A stretch of 64,000 nucleotides of DNA from Candidatus Acidiferrales bacterium (GCA_963779395.1 CAVZYC010000002.1:331651-395650); one strand, 5' to 3'; counted from the first letter of the stretch, positions 21,600-32,360 are shown. Made by a program: numbers and translations. Notes: generated by a model not told the origin, from the letters alone.

Positions 21600-23263
21600 T
21601 CTATTTTGATAACTTGCGCGTCATAAACGACCTTGCCACCAACCATCGTCAAGACTGATCTCGTTTTCGGAAACTCTTGCGTGGGAACCGCAAAAATGTC
21701 CTGCGAGAGCACCGCGAGATCGGCAAGTTTGCCGGGCTCCAGACTGCCTTTGTCTTTTTCTGTGAACTCGGCGTAGGCCGCGGTCAGCGTGTAGGCCACC
21801 ACCGCTTGCTCTCGTGTTATCGCTTCTGATGGACGGTCTCCATGAATTGTCGCGAACATAATATTCAAAAACGGATTTGTGGGGCCGTCCGACCCCAGCG
21901 CCACGGGAATTCCTGCAGCCAATAGCGATCTCAGCGGTTGGGCTTTGCTAAATGCGGCACCTCCAGAGCTGGCAGCGCTGGATAACCCCATCAGGTGCGA
22001 GGGGTTTTGCACTACTACAATTCCGTACTCCTTTACCCTGCCCACAAGGTCCGGAAACAGGCTGTCACCGTGCTCAAATCTCACGCGCCGGCCCGCCCAG
22101 ACGCTTCTTCCACCTGTTGCATCCATCGCGTCAAGCACTGCCTTCGCGGCACGATAACCCGAAACATGCAGGATGAGCTGATCGTTGTCTTTAAGTGATT
22201 CCTTCAACATGGCCGCGATCTCTTTTTCCGGGAACGTCAGCGGCAAGTCCCCGAAAATATCATCGAAGGGCGGAGCAGTTGGCATTTTGATTGCCTCGCG
22301 CGGAGTAAACGTTCCTTCGATCGGCACTCCATCCGTCATCCACTTCGTTCCACTCACCGTGATCAACCCATTGGGATTCCGTGGCACTCCCTTGCCTTCT
22401 TCAATATCCCTTCCTGCGGCCGTCGTTCCAGGCATCCGAATTACGCGGATCCTAATACGTGTAGGAACTTCTTCGAGTAACGCCACCGCCCGGGCCGGAG
22501 GAATTCCATTCGACATATCTTGAATTGAAGTGATCCCGAATCTCTCCGCGTCGTCGAGCGTAGACCGGAGTTGAGCGACCGCATCTTTTTCCGGCACCGC
22601 ATTCTCGACGGTTCGATCCATGTCCATGCCGGCGTACTCCCGCACCACGCCGGTTAGCCTACCCTTTGCATCGCGCTCAAAGCGTCCGCCCGCGGGATCC
22701 GCTTGATTTTCCGGAACACCAAAAAACGTGAGCCCAGCACTGTTTAGAATGAATCCATGACCGGTTAAGGTAACCAAAAGGACCGGATCTTCGGGTGCCA
22801 CCCTGTCGAGCGAATCCCTATTGACGGAAACATCTTGAAAGATCGCTGACCCGATTGTGGCCACAATCAATGACTTGTTGCGAGATTTACCCGCCGTCGC
22901 GGCTATGGCATCTCTGACCTCATCCCATTTCGGGTTCATTGTTTTCAGGTGCACATCCACCTCGTTTACTGGGTGGAGCTCCAGGTGATTGTGCGCGTCG
23001 TTGATGCCGGGGATTACTGTGCGGCCGGCAAGATCAATTTGTTTCGTTTGCGGGCCAGCGAGCGATTTTATTTTTACAGAATCGCCGGTAGCAATGATTC
23101 GCTCGCCGCGTATGGCCAATGCTTCGACGTATGGCTTGGCATCGTTGCTGGTAAATATTTTCCCGTTGAACAGGATCAAATCGGGAGTCGGGTTCTGGCC
23201 ACGTGCAAACCCGCAAAAATAGAAGAACATTAAAGTCAGCGTTGAAGCGGCGAGTCTCCGCAT
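21596..23263 (-). CDS. Amidohydrolase family 3 (YtcJ-like), exported
   Basis: Signal peptide; PGINDAHNH, RFEHG, GSDG, GSLEPGKLADLAVL. Confidence 0.92.
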   Translation of the reverse strand: MRRLAASTLTLMFFYFCGFARGQNPTPDLILFNGKIFTSNDAKPYVEALAIRGERIIATGDSVKIKSLAGPQTKQIDLAGRTVIPGINDAHNHLELHPVNEVDVHLKTMNPKWDEVRDAIAATAGKSRNKSLIVATIGSAIFQDVSVNRDSLDRVAPEDPVLLVTLTGHGFILNSAGLTFFGVPENQADPAGGRFERDAKGRLTGVVREYAGMDMDRTVENAVPEKDAVAQLRSTLDDAERFGITSIQDMSNGIPPARAVALLEEVPTRIRIRVIRMPGTTAAGRDIEEGKGVPRNPNGLITVSGTKWMTDGVPIEGTFTPREAIKMPTAPPFDDIFGDLPLTFPEKEIAAMLKESLKDNDQLILHVSGYRAAKAVLDAMDATGGRSVWAGRRVRFEHGDSLFPDLVGRVKEYGIVVVQNPSHLMGLSSAASSGGAAFSKAQPLRSLLAAGIPVALGSDGPTNPFLNIMFATIHGDRPSEAITREQAVVAYTLTAAYAEFTEKDKGSLEPGKLADLAVLSQDIFAVPTQEFPKTRSVLTMVGGKVVYDAQVIKID

Positions 23264-23459
23264 ATTCAGATCTCCATAAAAACTAGTAGTCCCAGCAAAC
23301 TTCTCGGGGGGTTAAGGTAACATTGAATCTGCTGTATTGTCGCTGTCGTTCTCAGAGCAGGTCAGCCCTGACCGGGAAAGTGGAGGCTAGTATCGGTAAG
23401 CCGGCTTTTCGGCGCTGACCGTTTGTCAGCTCACTTTTGTAATCTGCTTCTTCCGTCTT

Positions 23460-23490
23460 ACTGAAAACTTAAAACTGATAACTGAGAACT
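23460..23490. repeat. Degenerate heptamer tandem repeat
   Basis: ACTGAAA ACTTAAA ACTGATA ACTGAGA ACT, just beyond the TonB-protein stop. Confidence 0.6.
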
Positions 23491-23523
23491 TCTAATCTCC
23501 CGCCCTGCACTCCACTTTTCCGC

Positions 23524-25269
23524 TTACGGGTTGTACCAAAACTTCACCGTCGCGGTGACGTGCGCGGAAACTGGTTTTCCGCCTTGCGTAGCAGGTGTGT
23601 ACTCATACTGCTTCAGAGCATCCATGGCGGCCTGGCGCAGCGGTGCCGGCCCCGTAAGAATCTTCATCGCGCTGATCTTTCCGTCCGGCCCGACCACCGC
23701 ATCCACCCGCACATCTCCCGTGATGTAATTCTCCATGGCCTCCGGTGGATAAACCGGCGCCACGGACTTCAGCAACTTAGGCGGAATAAGGGTAGCGTCG
23801 CTCGCCGCAGGCTCCGGAGCCACAGGCTGTGCGCTGGCGGATGGGGTCGCATTCGGCGTGGGTTTGCTTCGCGAAACCGCAACAGCGCTTGCCTTGCCGT
23901 CGCCATGCTTCGCCGCCGCCGCGGGCGCGTTGGACTTTACCGCTTTTGCCGTAGCAGGCGCCTCCGCATTCTCAGACGCGTTGGATGTCTCCGCCGCGCC
24001 GGCAGGCGACAGATCAGAGTTTCCGGCCGCGGCCGTCTTCCCAGCCGCATTTGCATTAACAGTTCCGGGAACTCCCGCGGAAGCCGCAGAGGAAGTCGCT
24101 GGCGGCGCGCCGTGTGCCACTCCGCTCTTCAACTTTCCGGAGCCTCCAGGAACTATGCTGTGTGCATTCGCTTTGCGCGCCGAATAACGCCCCAGCCAAG
24201 GCAGACGCACCCAATCCATGCGCCACGCTCCAGCAAGGAATATCGCCAGCACCAAAGTGCTGATTGCCGCAATCGGGAACTTCCCAATCCCAACCCGCAC
24301 CGGCTTGTAAATATCGTAAAGCGATTGCGAGACTCTTGCCGTTCCGATGTGAGAAATGCCGGAAAAATCCAAAGCAGGCTTCGGCAACAGTCCGTCCAGC
24401 GGATCAATCTCCGACCCTTCTTTCGCGCCACCCTGGTTCGCCGCCGCCGTGGTCGGCAGCGTCATGCGAATCATCGGAGGCGCGGCCGCGCTCGCAGCAG
24501 GCTGTGCCGTCGCCCCGGATGCAATTTCGGGAGCTTTCTCATCGGCGGGCGGCGCAGCCATTTGCCCCGCGCCAGGCACCGAAATGCGGGATACTTCCAC
24601 AGCCGCCGCCTCAGCTCTTTTCGCCGCGTCTTCCCGGGCCGCTTCCACTTTCGCCGCCTCGGCCTTGGCTTGTAGCAACGCCTTCACCTGTTCCCTCAGC
24701 GCATCCACTTCGTGCTTCAGATTCTCGACTTCCTTGACGGGCACTTCCGGCTCTTCCGGTTGCTCCGGCTCCGGCACCCGCGCGACATCCTCTTCCGCCG
24801 TCTCGGAAGACTCCACCATCTGGGCGGCTTCACTATGCACGGGAGGGTCGGTCTTGGCCGGCAATTCCACGCCCCAAAAGTTCGGCACTTGCTCCGTGAA
24901 CTCCAGTTCAACGTAGCATTCCGTCGGCCGGAAACTGCGCTTTCGCACCACCTGGCACACCACTTCGGCGTTCGCTTTTTTCTCGGTAACGAACAGCAGC
25001 TGCCCTGTAACCACCGCTGCTGCCAGGCGAATTACCGCGCCATTCTCAAACACCAGCACCGTTGAAGTGTCTTCTGAAAACAGATCGCGTTGCCCCGAAG
25101 ACTGCGCAGGCCTCGCCCCGGTCACGTTCACCGCCACTTCCAGCGCCACGGGGGTTGCCCCGCTCGCCAGCGGTTGCAGCTTCGCGACAGTCTCTTCGGA
25201 CGTAGGGGCCGTATTGACTGCGGATTCCACTCGAATTGTTCCTTGTGCCGGGTTTACCGTCGGGACCAT
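23524..25269 (-). CDS. TonB C-terminal domain protein with N-terminal PilZ-like domain
   Basis: C-terminal PVYPPEA...GDVRVDAVVGPDG...AAMDALKQYEYTPA (TonB_C), central TM, N-terminal beta domain ending VELEF...NFWG. Confidence 0.8.
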   Translation of the reverse strand: MVPTVNPAQGTIRVESAVNTAPTSEETVAKLQPLASGATPVALEVAVNVTGARPAQSSGQRDLFSEDTSTVLVFENGAVIRLAAAVVTGQLLFVTEKKANAEVVCQVVRKRSFRPTECYVELEFTEQVPNFWGVELPAKTDPPVHSEAAQMVESSETAEEDVARVPEPEQPEEPEVPVKEVENLKHEVDALREQVKALLQAKAEAAKVEAAREDAAKRAEAAAVEVSRISVPGAGQMAAPPADEKAPEIASGATAQPAASAAAPPMIRMTLPTTAAANQGGAKEGSEIDPLDGLLPKPALDFSGISHIGTARVSQSLYDIYKPVRVGIGKFPIAAISTLVLAIFLAGAWRMDWVRLPWLGRYSARKANAHSIVPGGSGKLKSGVAHGAPPATSSAASAGVPGTVNANAAGKTAAAGNSDLSPAGAAETSNASENAEAPATAKAVKSNAPAAAAKHGDGKASAVAVSRSKPTPNATPSASAQPVAPEPAASDATLIPPKLLKSVAPVYPPEAMENYITGDVRVDAVVGPDGKISAMKILTGPAPLRQAAMDALKQYEYTPATQGGKPVSAHVTATVKFWYNP

Positions 25270-25446
25270 GTCCGTACCTTCACGGGACGTGGCAACACCC
25301 ATCCGCCGTTTGCCCACGCTCTACCATTTTTTCAGGGAGACCATTCCCCGCGCTATAGTACCCGCGTTACTTCAACGCCAAAGTTGCCCAATCAGTAGCT
25401 GCCCACTTTTGGGGCGATTTGACGAAATAGTAGGCCTTTCGCCCCT

Positions 25447-27648
25447 TCACTCCGCGCTCTGCACCGGCCAAGCCGAGTTCTCTTCTCCCAAATTCACTTC
25501 CAAAAATCCTTCCGCGGGCAAAACATCAATCGGCAATCCCCCGTGCCACAGGGCTACGCCGATCGGAAACTTGTTTTTCCCTTTCAAATCGAGCTGTTCG
25601 CGCAGCACTGCAAGTTCCAGCGTGCGGCCAAATGCAACCGAGGCGAACATGGACGGATTCAGCAGGCATAGCCGCTGCTTTTCCACCGCGAACTCTTTCA
25701 TTCGTCCGCGCTCCAGGTTCACCACGATCACCACTTCCTGTGCAGCCCCGATCGTGATGCGAAATTCCGGGTCTTCCAATTCCGCCAGCGTTTCCGGGAA
25801 GCAGTCCACCCGCACCACAAAACGCTCCTCCTCGAATCCGTACCGCAACTCCCTCAAGTAGAATGTCCGTCCGTGCATCGCCCCGCCCCGCCGCTCGGGA
25901 GAAAACACGCCCGCTCCCAGCCACTCGAAATAGCTTGTATCGCGGCCATCTACTTTCACATTCAGGAACGTCGAAGGTGCAAGCTGGTAAGCCCGTTCTG
26001 GCTGCCGCTTGATGGGTTTCGCCAGTTCTTCCGGGGCCACCTGGCCGAGTGCCAGATAAACTCCCGTCAGATGTTTGCGAAATAGCGCATCGAATTCCGC
26101 ATCATTCGCTGTGCTGTGTTCCGGCCCAAACCACCAGCACCAGTCGCTGCCCTCGGCCGCCAGCAAAGACTCCTGAGCCTCCGCCAAGGCGGTCTCGTTT
26201 ACGCTGCCAGAGCGCCCCTTGGCATGTCCATCCAGTGCCCCAGCGTACGCCTCGCGCGCGTCCCAAAGAAAATCCCATGCCGTCACATCTTCCTGGTGAC
26301 CGATCCACACATCAAAGTTGGCATTGATCCACGAAGCGGGAAAAATTCCCGTAGTCGTGGGAATGTTGCCGGCCGCGGCAATCGTTTCGGTCGCCGTCAG
26401 GGCGAGAAAATCCTTGTCGTCGCTGACAAGTCGGTAGAACTCCCTCAGGAATTCCCTGCCATTCCCGGGATAATACTCCCAGGCATTCTCGCCATCCAGG
26501 AACAAGCACACCGTCAGCGGATTCGGGCTCTTCACCGTATCCCCGATGTGCCGGAGCCTTCCGTGCAAATCCGCAGCCGCGGCTTTGCTGTCCATACGGC
26601 TGTACACAAAACCCACCAGGTCCGACAAATGGTGATCGCGAAAAAGTCCCGTAACCCCTGCTCCCGCCATCTGCAAACGCCACGGCTGGTAAAGTTTTTC
26701 CGCGTTCGCCGGTATTCCAGAGGAATCGCGGAAAAATCCTACATTCAACGTGCGGCCCAGTACGCCTTCATCCGTGCCAAACCACTGGAACCCTTCTTCC
26801 GCCGCAATCGCCAGCGCCTGATCCGACACCGACCCCTCGGACGGCCACAGCCCCACCGGCTGCTTTCCAAACACTCGCTCATGATATTCCTTCGCCCGTC
26901 GCAACTGCTCTCGCGCATCTTCTGGACGGCGAAACGCCCGCCGCGGTATGGGTGTGCTGGGATTCGCCACGCGCGCGATGTCTGAATCGCACAAAAGCGG
27001 CAGGATCGGGTGGTAGTAAGGGGTAGTGCTGATCTCAATCTGCCCGCGCGCCGCTGCTTCCCTGTATGCAGGCAGGACCAGCGCCAGCAATTCCAATTGT
27101 TTGGCTTTCAGCGCCTCTTTGTCTTTTTCCGTGAAGTCTTTCCCGCGATCCGCCAGCCGGCTCACCACCGCGTCCTTTTTGAACCACTCCTCTTCCATCC
27201 ACGCCAGTTGCGATAGCACCTGCAAATCCCGCCAATCGCGCGCCGTGAACGTAATCAGCGCCTGCGCCCCTCCCGCCGGACGCGACCATTCATACAGCTC
27301 CACAAACCGCGGCCACCGCGACATCAGCCGCTCGTGATTCACCTGAAACGCGCGTCCCAGCATTTCGCTCTTGTCATCCCGCGTCAGGTTTTCCGTCTTT
27401 TTAAATGCCAGCGCAAACCACGGTTCATTAAACGTACCACTCGCATACTCCTCCAGCTGCATGCACAGCGATGGCACCATGTTGAACGTCGCATGGAACC
27501 CCGGAAACTCCTCGAACAGCTTCACCATCCCGTAGTAATCCTTCGTCGCGTGCAAGCGCGTCCACGGCAGCACATACGTCCCCGTCTCTGGATCTCGGTA
27601 CTGCGGCTGGTGCATGTGCCACAGCACCGCCAAGTTCACTCGATTCAT
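25447..27648 (-). CDS. Glycoside hydrolase family 57
   Basis: WHMHQPQY, YYHPILPLL, GLWPSEG, LDGENAWE and AEGSDWCWW conserved regions. Confidence 0.95.
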   Translation of the reverse strand: MNRVNLAVLWHMHQPQYRDPETGTYVLPWTRLHATKDYYGMVKLFEEFPGFHATFNMVPSLCMQLEEYASGTFNEPWFALAFKKTENLTRDDKSEMLGRAFQVNHERLMSRWPRFVELYEWSRPAGGAQALITFTARDWRDLQVLSQLAWMEEEWFKKDAVVSRLADRGKDFTEKDKEALKAKQLELLALVLPAYREAAARGQIEISTTPYYHPILPLLCDSDIARVANPSTPIPRRAFRRPEDAREQLRRAKEYHERVFGKQPVGLWPSEGSVSDQALAIAAEEGFQWFGTDEGVLGRTLNVGFFRDSSGIPANAEKLYQPWRLQMAGAGVTGLFRDHHLSDLVGFVYSRMDSKAAAADLHGRLRHIGDTVKSPNPLTVCLFLDGENAWEYYPGNGREFLREFYRLVSDDKDFLALTATETIAAAGNIPTTTGIFPASWINANFDVWIGHQEDVTAWDFLWDAREAYAGALDGHAKGRSGSVNETALAEAQESLLAAEGSDWCWWFGPEHSTANDAEFDALFRKHLTGVYLALGQVAPEELAKPIKRQPERAYQLAPSTFLNVKVDGRDTSYFEWLGAGVFSPERRGGAMHGRTFYLRELRYGFEEERFVVRVDCFPETLAELEDPEFRITIGAAQEVVIVVNLERGRMKEFAVEKQRLCLLNPSMFASVAFGRTLELAVLREQLDLKGKNKFPIGVALWHGGLPIDVLPAEGFLEVNLGEENSAWPVQSAE

Positions 27649-27711
27649 CCCTGGTTTCTCTCCCTATCCCCGCGCCTGCCTCGCCTCCATGTTACACTCA
27701 GCCTTCGCATC

Positions 27712-30033
27712 ATGCGCATCCTCGACCGCTATATTGTTCGTGAAGTCATACGTCACGCGCTTCTCGGGCTACTGATTTTCACCTTTGTTCTTTTTGTCCC
27801 GAAGCTCGTGCGCCTGATGGAATTGTTCGTTCGCCACTCCGGTTCGGGCTCGCAGATCGCCCTGCTCTTTCTTTGTATCATCCCCAATATCCTCGTTTTC
27901 ACCATTCCCATGGCCGTACTCATCGGAGTGCTCCTGGGACTAGGACGCATGTCCATGGACAGCGAGATTATTGCCATTACCTCGCTCGGCATCAGCCGTA
28001 AGCGCATTCTCTGGCCTGTCGGCGTTCTTGCCGTGATGGGCGCCGCGCTTACGCTCGTCATGACTCTATGGCTGGCCCCGCTGGCCTTGCGCACCTTCCG
28101 TGGCATCGAAGCCGATCTCATCACCTCGCAAATCTCGTTTCAGGTGCAGCCCCGCGTTTTCGACGAGCGCTTCCCGCAGATGGTTCTCTACGTCAACGAT
28201 GTTTCCCCCAGTGGGGCCCGTTGGAATGGCGTTTTCCTGGCTGAAGCCGGAGCGGAGAGTGGTTCGCGCATTACTCTCGCGGAAAGTGCGATTGTAATTG
28301 CGGAGCCGAAGCAGGGCAAGCTGGAGTTGCACCTCAATGACGGCTCCACTCACGAATTCTCTCGCCAGGAACCCGACCACTACGGTGTCACCGCGTTCGG
28401 CCGCAGCGATTGGCCCATCGAAGTCAGCGGCATAGGTCCTGCCAAAGAGCAGGAACCCAGCAATCCAGAGCGCCCGCTGCGCGATCTCTGGCACGACCAC
28501 GGCAAAGGCTGGCGCGATGCCCGCGTCGAGTTGCACCAGCGCTTCGCTTTTCCCGTCGCTTGCTTTGTGTTTGCCTTGATCGCTGTTCCCCTCGGCGCGC
28601 AGCCCCGTCGTGGCGGACGCGCGGCAGGCACGCTGCTCGCCGTCGTCGTGATTGCCTCGTATTACCTGCTTTTCATCGTAGGCGCGGGACTCGCTCGGCA
28701 GGGCGCGGTGCCACCCTCCGCCGGTATGTGGATTGCCAATGTTGTCCTCGCGCTGGTCGGGTTCGCCCTGCTGCCCCGCATGGAGAGCTACCACAGCAGC
28801 GAAGCCTCGCGCCTGCTGTCAGGTCCGCGCATCAAAAAGTTCTGGCGGCTGATGCGCCGCCGTAAGACCAAGGTCAAGGCCGCCGTGACTCGCGCGGAAA
28901 ATGGCGCCGCCCGCGGTGAAGCCGCCTTGCCTTCCTCTTCCAGCATTCCCCGCATCCTCGATATTTATGTGCTCCGCCGCTTCTTCTACTATTTCGGCAT
29001 CATCATGGGCGCCTTCATTTTGTTGTTTGAAACCTTCACCTTCTTCGAGCTTCTCGACGATATCGCCCGCCACCACGTTGCTTTTGTCATCGTCGTCGAT
29101 TACTTCCGTTATTTGATCCCCTATCTCCTCTACCAGCTTTCCCCACTCGGCGCACTGGTGGCTGTTCTGGTCACTCTCGGCGTCCTCAGCAAAAACAACG
29201 AAATTGTGGCCTTCAAAGCCAGCGGCATCAGCATCTATCGCATCGCTTTGCCGCTCCTTTTCTGCGGCCTGTTGTTGGCCGCCGCTCTGCTCATCCTCGA
29301 CGACACTTATCTTCCCTACGCCAATCAGCGCCAGGACGCCTTGCGCAACCAGATCAAAGGCAAGCCCGCGCAAACCTACACGCGCCCACAACGCTGGATC
29401 TTTGGCGAAGACAGCAAGGTGTACAACTACGATCTGTTCGACCCCGCGCAAAACTTATTCGGCGGCCTCAGCGTCATTGAACTCGACCCCGCCACCTTCC
29501 AGATGAAACGCCGCGTCTTTGCGACGCGTGCTCGTTGGCTCGATACGGAAAAAACCTGGATTCTGGAATCAGGCTGGGTCAGGGATTTTGCGAATGGCGC
29601 CGTCGTCAAATACGAACCCTTCAAAGTCACCACGCTCTCTGAACTTGTCGAGCCGCCCTCCTATTTCAATCGCGAGGTCGTCCAGGCATTTCAAATGAGC
29701 TGGCGCGATCTGCGCCACTATATTGCCAGCCTGCACAGCGCCGGGTTCGACGTCTCCACCCTCACCGTGCAGTGGCACAAGAAAATTGCCTATCCCCTGA
29801 TCGCCCCCATCAGCATGATGCTGGCAATTCCCTTCGCGCTATTAGTTGGCAGCCGCGGCGCCATTGGCGGCATCGCCCTCGGCATCGGCATTGGCATCGC
29901 CTATTGGGCCGTCTCCGCGCTAATGGAAGCCATGGGCGGCATCGGCCAGCTTCCCCCACTCCTCTCCGCCTGGTCTCCCGACCTAATCTTCTTCTTCTTC
30001 GGCCTATATTTCTTCTTCAAAATGCCCACGTAA
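27712..30033 (+). CDS. lptF/lptG: Fused LptF-LptG LPS export permease
   Basis: Two tandem YjgP/YjgQ modules (MRILDRYIVRE... and ILDIYVLRRF...). Real start taken at ATG 27712; the track's 5' extension overlaps the GH57 gene. Confidence 0.92.
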   Translation: MRILDRYIVREVIRHALLGLLIFTFVLFVPKLVRLMELFVRHSGSGSQIALLFLCIIPNILVFTIPMAVLIGVLLGLGRMSMDSEIIAITSLGISRKRILWPVGVLAVMGAALTLVMTLWLAPLALRTFRGIEADLITSQISFQVQPRVFDERFPQMVLYVNDVSPSGARWNGVFLAEAGAESGSRITLAESAIVIAEPKQGKLELHLNDGSTHEFSRQEPDHYGVTAFGRSDWPIEVSGIGPAKEQEPSNPERPLRDLWHDHGKGWRDARVELHQRFAFPVACFVFALIAVPLGAQPRRGGRAAGTLLAVVVIASYYLLFIVGAGLARQGAVPPSAGMWIANVVLALVGFALLPRMESYHSSEASRLLSGPRIKKFWRLMRRRKTKVKAAVTRAENGAARGEAALPSSSSIPRILDIYVLRRFFYYFGIIMGAFILLFETFTFFELLDDIARHHVAFVIVVDYFRYLIPYLLYQLSPLGALVAVLVTLGVLSKNNEIVAFKASGISIYRIALPLLFCGLLLAAALLILDDTYLPYANQRQDALRNQIKGKPAQTYTRPQRWIFGEDSKVYNYDLFDPAQNLFGGLSVIELDPATFQMKRRVFATRARWLDTEKTWILESGWVRDFANGAVVKYEPFKVTTLSELVEPPSYFNREVVQAFQMSWRDLRHYIASLHSAGFDVSTLTVQWHKKIAYPLIAPISMMLAIPFALLVGSRGAIGGIALGIGIGIAYWAVSALMEAMGGIGQLPPLLSAWSPDLIFFFFGLYFFFKMPT

Positions 30034-30078
30034 CGCGGCTGTCACGATGCGGCCTAAAGACGGGGACGTTCCTGCCGG

Positions 30079-30636
30079 TCAAGGTCGAACTGGAATCAAC
30101 TTCGTCACTTCTGTCTTCAGCGCTGCAATCTGTTCGTTACTCACCCGCCCACGCGTTTGCCAAACCACCTTCCCACTTGAATCGGCGACAATTACGTACG
30201 CTTCTTCCGGTGCCGAGTAGTTCACCAGCTTCTTCCACTGCTCCTCATTGCTTTCCAGCAGCACAAACCGTGGCTGCCTATCACTCGGGATCTCCTTCCG
30301 CATCCCGTGCAAAATCATCTTCATGATCAGCGATGGGACGCCCTGAAAATCCGCCGCTTCGTAATACAATACGCGCTCGTCTTTTAGATAGACTGGCGCA
30401 AGCTGCTTAGCCCACGCATCGCACTGTCCACTGCTCTTGTGCGTGAACCCAACGATCAGCAACAATGGCTTGCCGCTCGCCGCATCCGGTAAACTCACCG
30501 TCGTCCCGCGAATCGTCTTTTCCTCCGTCGCGGGAATCTGTTGCGCGACGCTATGGCTCGCGAGAACCCCTGCGAGCAAACCCGTAAACAAACAATGCCG
30601 GAGGAATCCGAGCCTCTGATCTAAGCGGCGTTGCAT
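30079..30636 (-). CDS. Exported thioredoxin-fold-like protein (ATP10/YtfJ-like)
   Basis: Signal peptide; G..VSLP...GKPLLLIVGF...YVIVAD..GKVVWQ pattern; single Cys. Assignment from memory. Confidence 0.5.
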   Translation of the reverse strand: MQRRLDQRLGFLRHCLFTGLLAGVLASHSVAQQIPATEEKTIRGTTVSLPDAASGKPLLLIVGFTHKSSGQCDAWAKQLAPVYLKDERVLYYEAADFQGVPSLIMKMILHGMRKEIPSDRQPRFVLLESNEEQWKKLVNYSAPEEAYVIVADSSGKVVWQTRGRVSNEQIAALKTEVTKLIPVRP

Positions 30637-30797
30637 TTCAGTCGATCCTTCGACAAAGGTAATACACTTCCTCGCGCTGCAACGTCAATTCCAGTCTTCG
30701 CCGATATCGAATTCTAGCCAACCCCGCGTCCGCCGCTCCTCTGGCCCAATCCCGCCGCAACCTGCTAAAGTATTTCTCTGCTCACAGGAGACCCCAC

Positions 30798-32096
30798 ATG
30801 ACCACCGAAGCCAACGCTCGCATGCAACGCCCACTCGATTCCGTTGATCCACAAATTTCCGAAATCCTTCGCGAAGAAGCCGTCCGCCAGGCCACCGGCC
30901 TCGAACTGATCCCCTCCGAAAACCTGGTATCCGAAGCTGTGCTTGACGCCATGGGCTCCATCTTTACCAACAAATATGCCGAAGGCTATCCCGGCCGGCG
31001 CTATTACGGCGGCTGCGAATTCGCCGACAAAGTCGAGCAACTGGCCATCGATCGCGCCAAGGAACTTTTCCATGCCGATCACGCCAACGTCCAGGCGCAC
31101 TCCGGCACTTCCGCAAACGTTGCCGTGTACATGGCCACCCTGCGCCCCGGCGATACCGTGCTGGGTATGGCCCTCGCGCATGGCGGCCACTTGACCCATG
31201 GCCACCCGCTCAATTTTTCCGGTCGAATGTACAAATTTATCGAGTACCACGTGCGCCGCGACACCGAACAGATTGATTACGACGAAATCGAAAAATTAGC
31301 CCACGAACACAAACCCAAAATGATCGTGGCCGGCGCCAGCGCGTATTCCCGCATCATTGATTTCGAGCGCATGGCCAAAATCGCCAAAGCCGTTGACGCG
31401 CTCTTCTTCGTGGACATGGCTCACATCGCAGGCCTGATTGCCGCCGGTGTTCATCCCAGCCCGGTGCCTTACGCCGACATCGTTTCCACCACCACGCACA
31501 AGACTTTGCGCGGCCCGCGCGGCGGCCTTGTATTATGCAAATCCGGCTTCGCCAAAGAACTAGACAAACTCACCTTCCCCGGCACGCAAGGCGGCCCGCT
31601 CGTTCACACCATCGCCGCCAAAGCTGTCTGCCTGAAAGAAGCGATGGAGCCCGGCTTTCAGCAATATCAGCGCCAGGTAGCCTTCAACGCCAAAGCCATG
31701 GCCAGCGCCGTCGCCAAACAGGGCTTCCGCATCGTCACCGGCGGCACCGACAATCATTTGTTCCTCATCGAAGTCCATCCGCGCGGCATTACTGGAAGCG
31801 ACGCGGAGAAAGCTCTCGATCGCGCAGGCATTACCGTCAACAAGAATTCCATTCCCTTCGATCCTCTTCCTCCAATGAAGGCGGGTGGCATTCGCCTCGG
31901 CAGTCCCTCGGTCACCACGCGCGGAATGAAAGAACCCGAGATGGAGCTAGTCGGCAACTGGGTCGCGGAAATCCTAAGCCACATCGGCGACGCCGCGGTA
32001 GAACAAAAAGTCCGCAAACAAGTTGCCGACCTGGCCGCGAAATTCCCAATTTACGAATCCCGCGTCCTGCCCGCAGCAGTCCACGCCCGCGCCTGA
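30798..32096 (+). CDS. glyA: Serine hydroxymethyltransferase
   Basis: [30 protein letters not shown]. Confidence 0.98.
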   Translation: MTTEANARMQRPLDSVDPQISEILREEAVRQATGLELIPSENLVSEAVLDAMGSIFTNKYAEGYPGRRYYGGCEFADKVEQLAIDRAKELFHADHANVQAHSGTSANVAVYMATLRPGDTVLGMALAHGGHLTHGHPLNFSGRMYKFIEYHVRRDTEQIDYDEIEKLAHEHKPKMIVAGASAYSRIIDFERMAKIAKAVDALFFVDMAHIAGLIAAGVHPSPVPYADIVSTTTHKTLRGPRGGLVLCKSGFAKELDKLTFPGTQGGPLVHTIAAKAVCLKEAMEPGFQQYQRQVAFNAKAMASAVAKQGFRIVTGGTDNHLFLIEVHPRGITGSDAEKALDRAGITVNKNSIPFDPLPPMKAGGIRLGSPSVTTRGMKEPEMELVGNWVAEILSHIGDAAVEQKVRKQVADLAAKFPIYESRVLPAAVHARA

Positions 32097-32108
32097 TCCG
32101 CATCCCTT

Positions 32109-32136
32109 TTGGAGTGCGGCGGCTCGCCGCCGCTTT
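32109..32136. repeat. REP-like palindrome, family 1, copy 2
   Basis: Identical to 18023-18050; lies 12 bp after the glyA stop. Confidence 0.9.
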
Positions 32137-32140
32137 CCCG

Positions 32141-32360
32141 ATGTAAGCGCCGCCCACAAAATGTAGTCCCCCACGGCTCGCAGTGGCCGGCCTTCATCTC
32201 GGTTCCCGGCTTCGCTCTTTGTAGCGCAGGGCGATTCCGCGAGCCCTGCGGCTTTTCTCCTGGGTTACTCTCACCGTTGTAGTGGCCAATCTTCACGCAA
32301 GTTCCGGCCTACTCCAGCCGTTGTAGCGGCCACCTTCCGAGGCGGGCGCCTTTTCCCAAC
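32141..32360. repeat. Cluster of TGTAG-led REP-like hairpins
   Basis: Several units begin TGTAG. The unit at 32220-32259 matches 55045-55084 at 38/40 nt. Confidence 0.7.

Noticed and set aside
27334-27711. 126-aa N-terminal extension of LptF/G in the track
   Set aside because: It overlaps the start of the divergent GH57 gene; the family starts at MRILDRY.
30640-30797. ZTP or other riboswitch upstream of glyA
   Set aside because: The ZTP consensus elements are not visible; an Rfam scan would be decisive.
32141-32360. CRISPR array (also considered for 54940-55130)
   Set aside because: The units are not identical or regularly spaced, and no cas genes are present.
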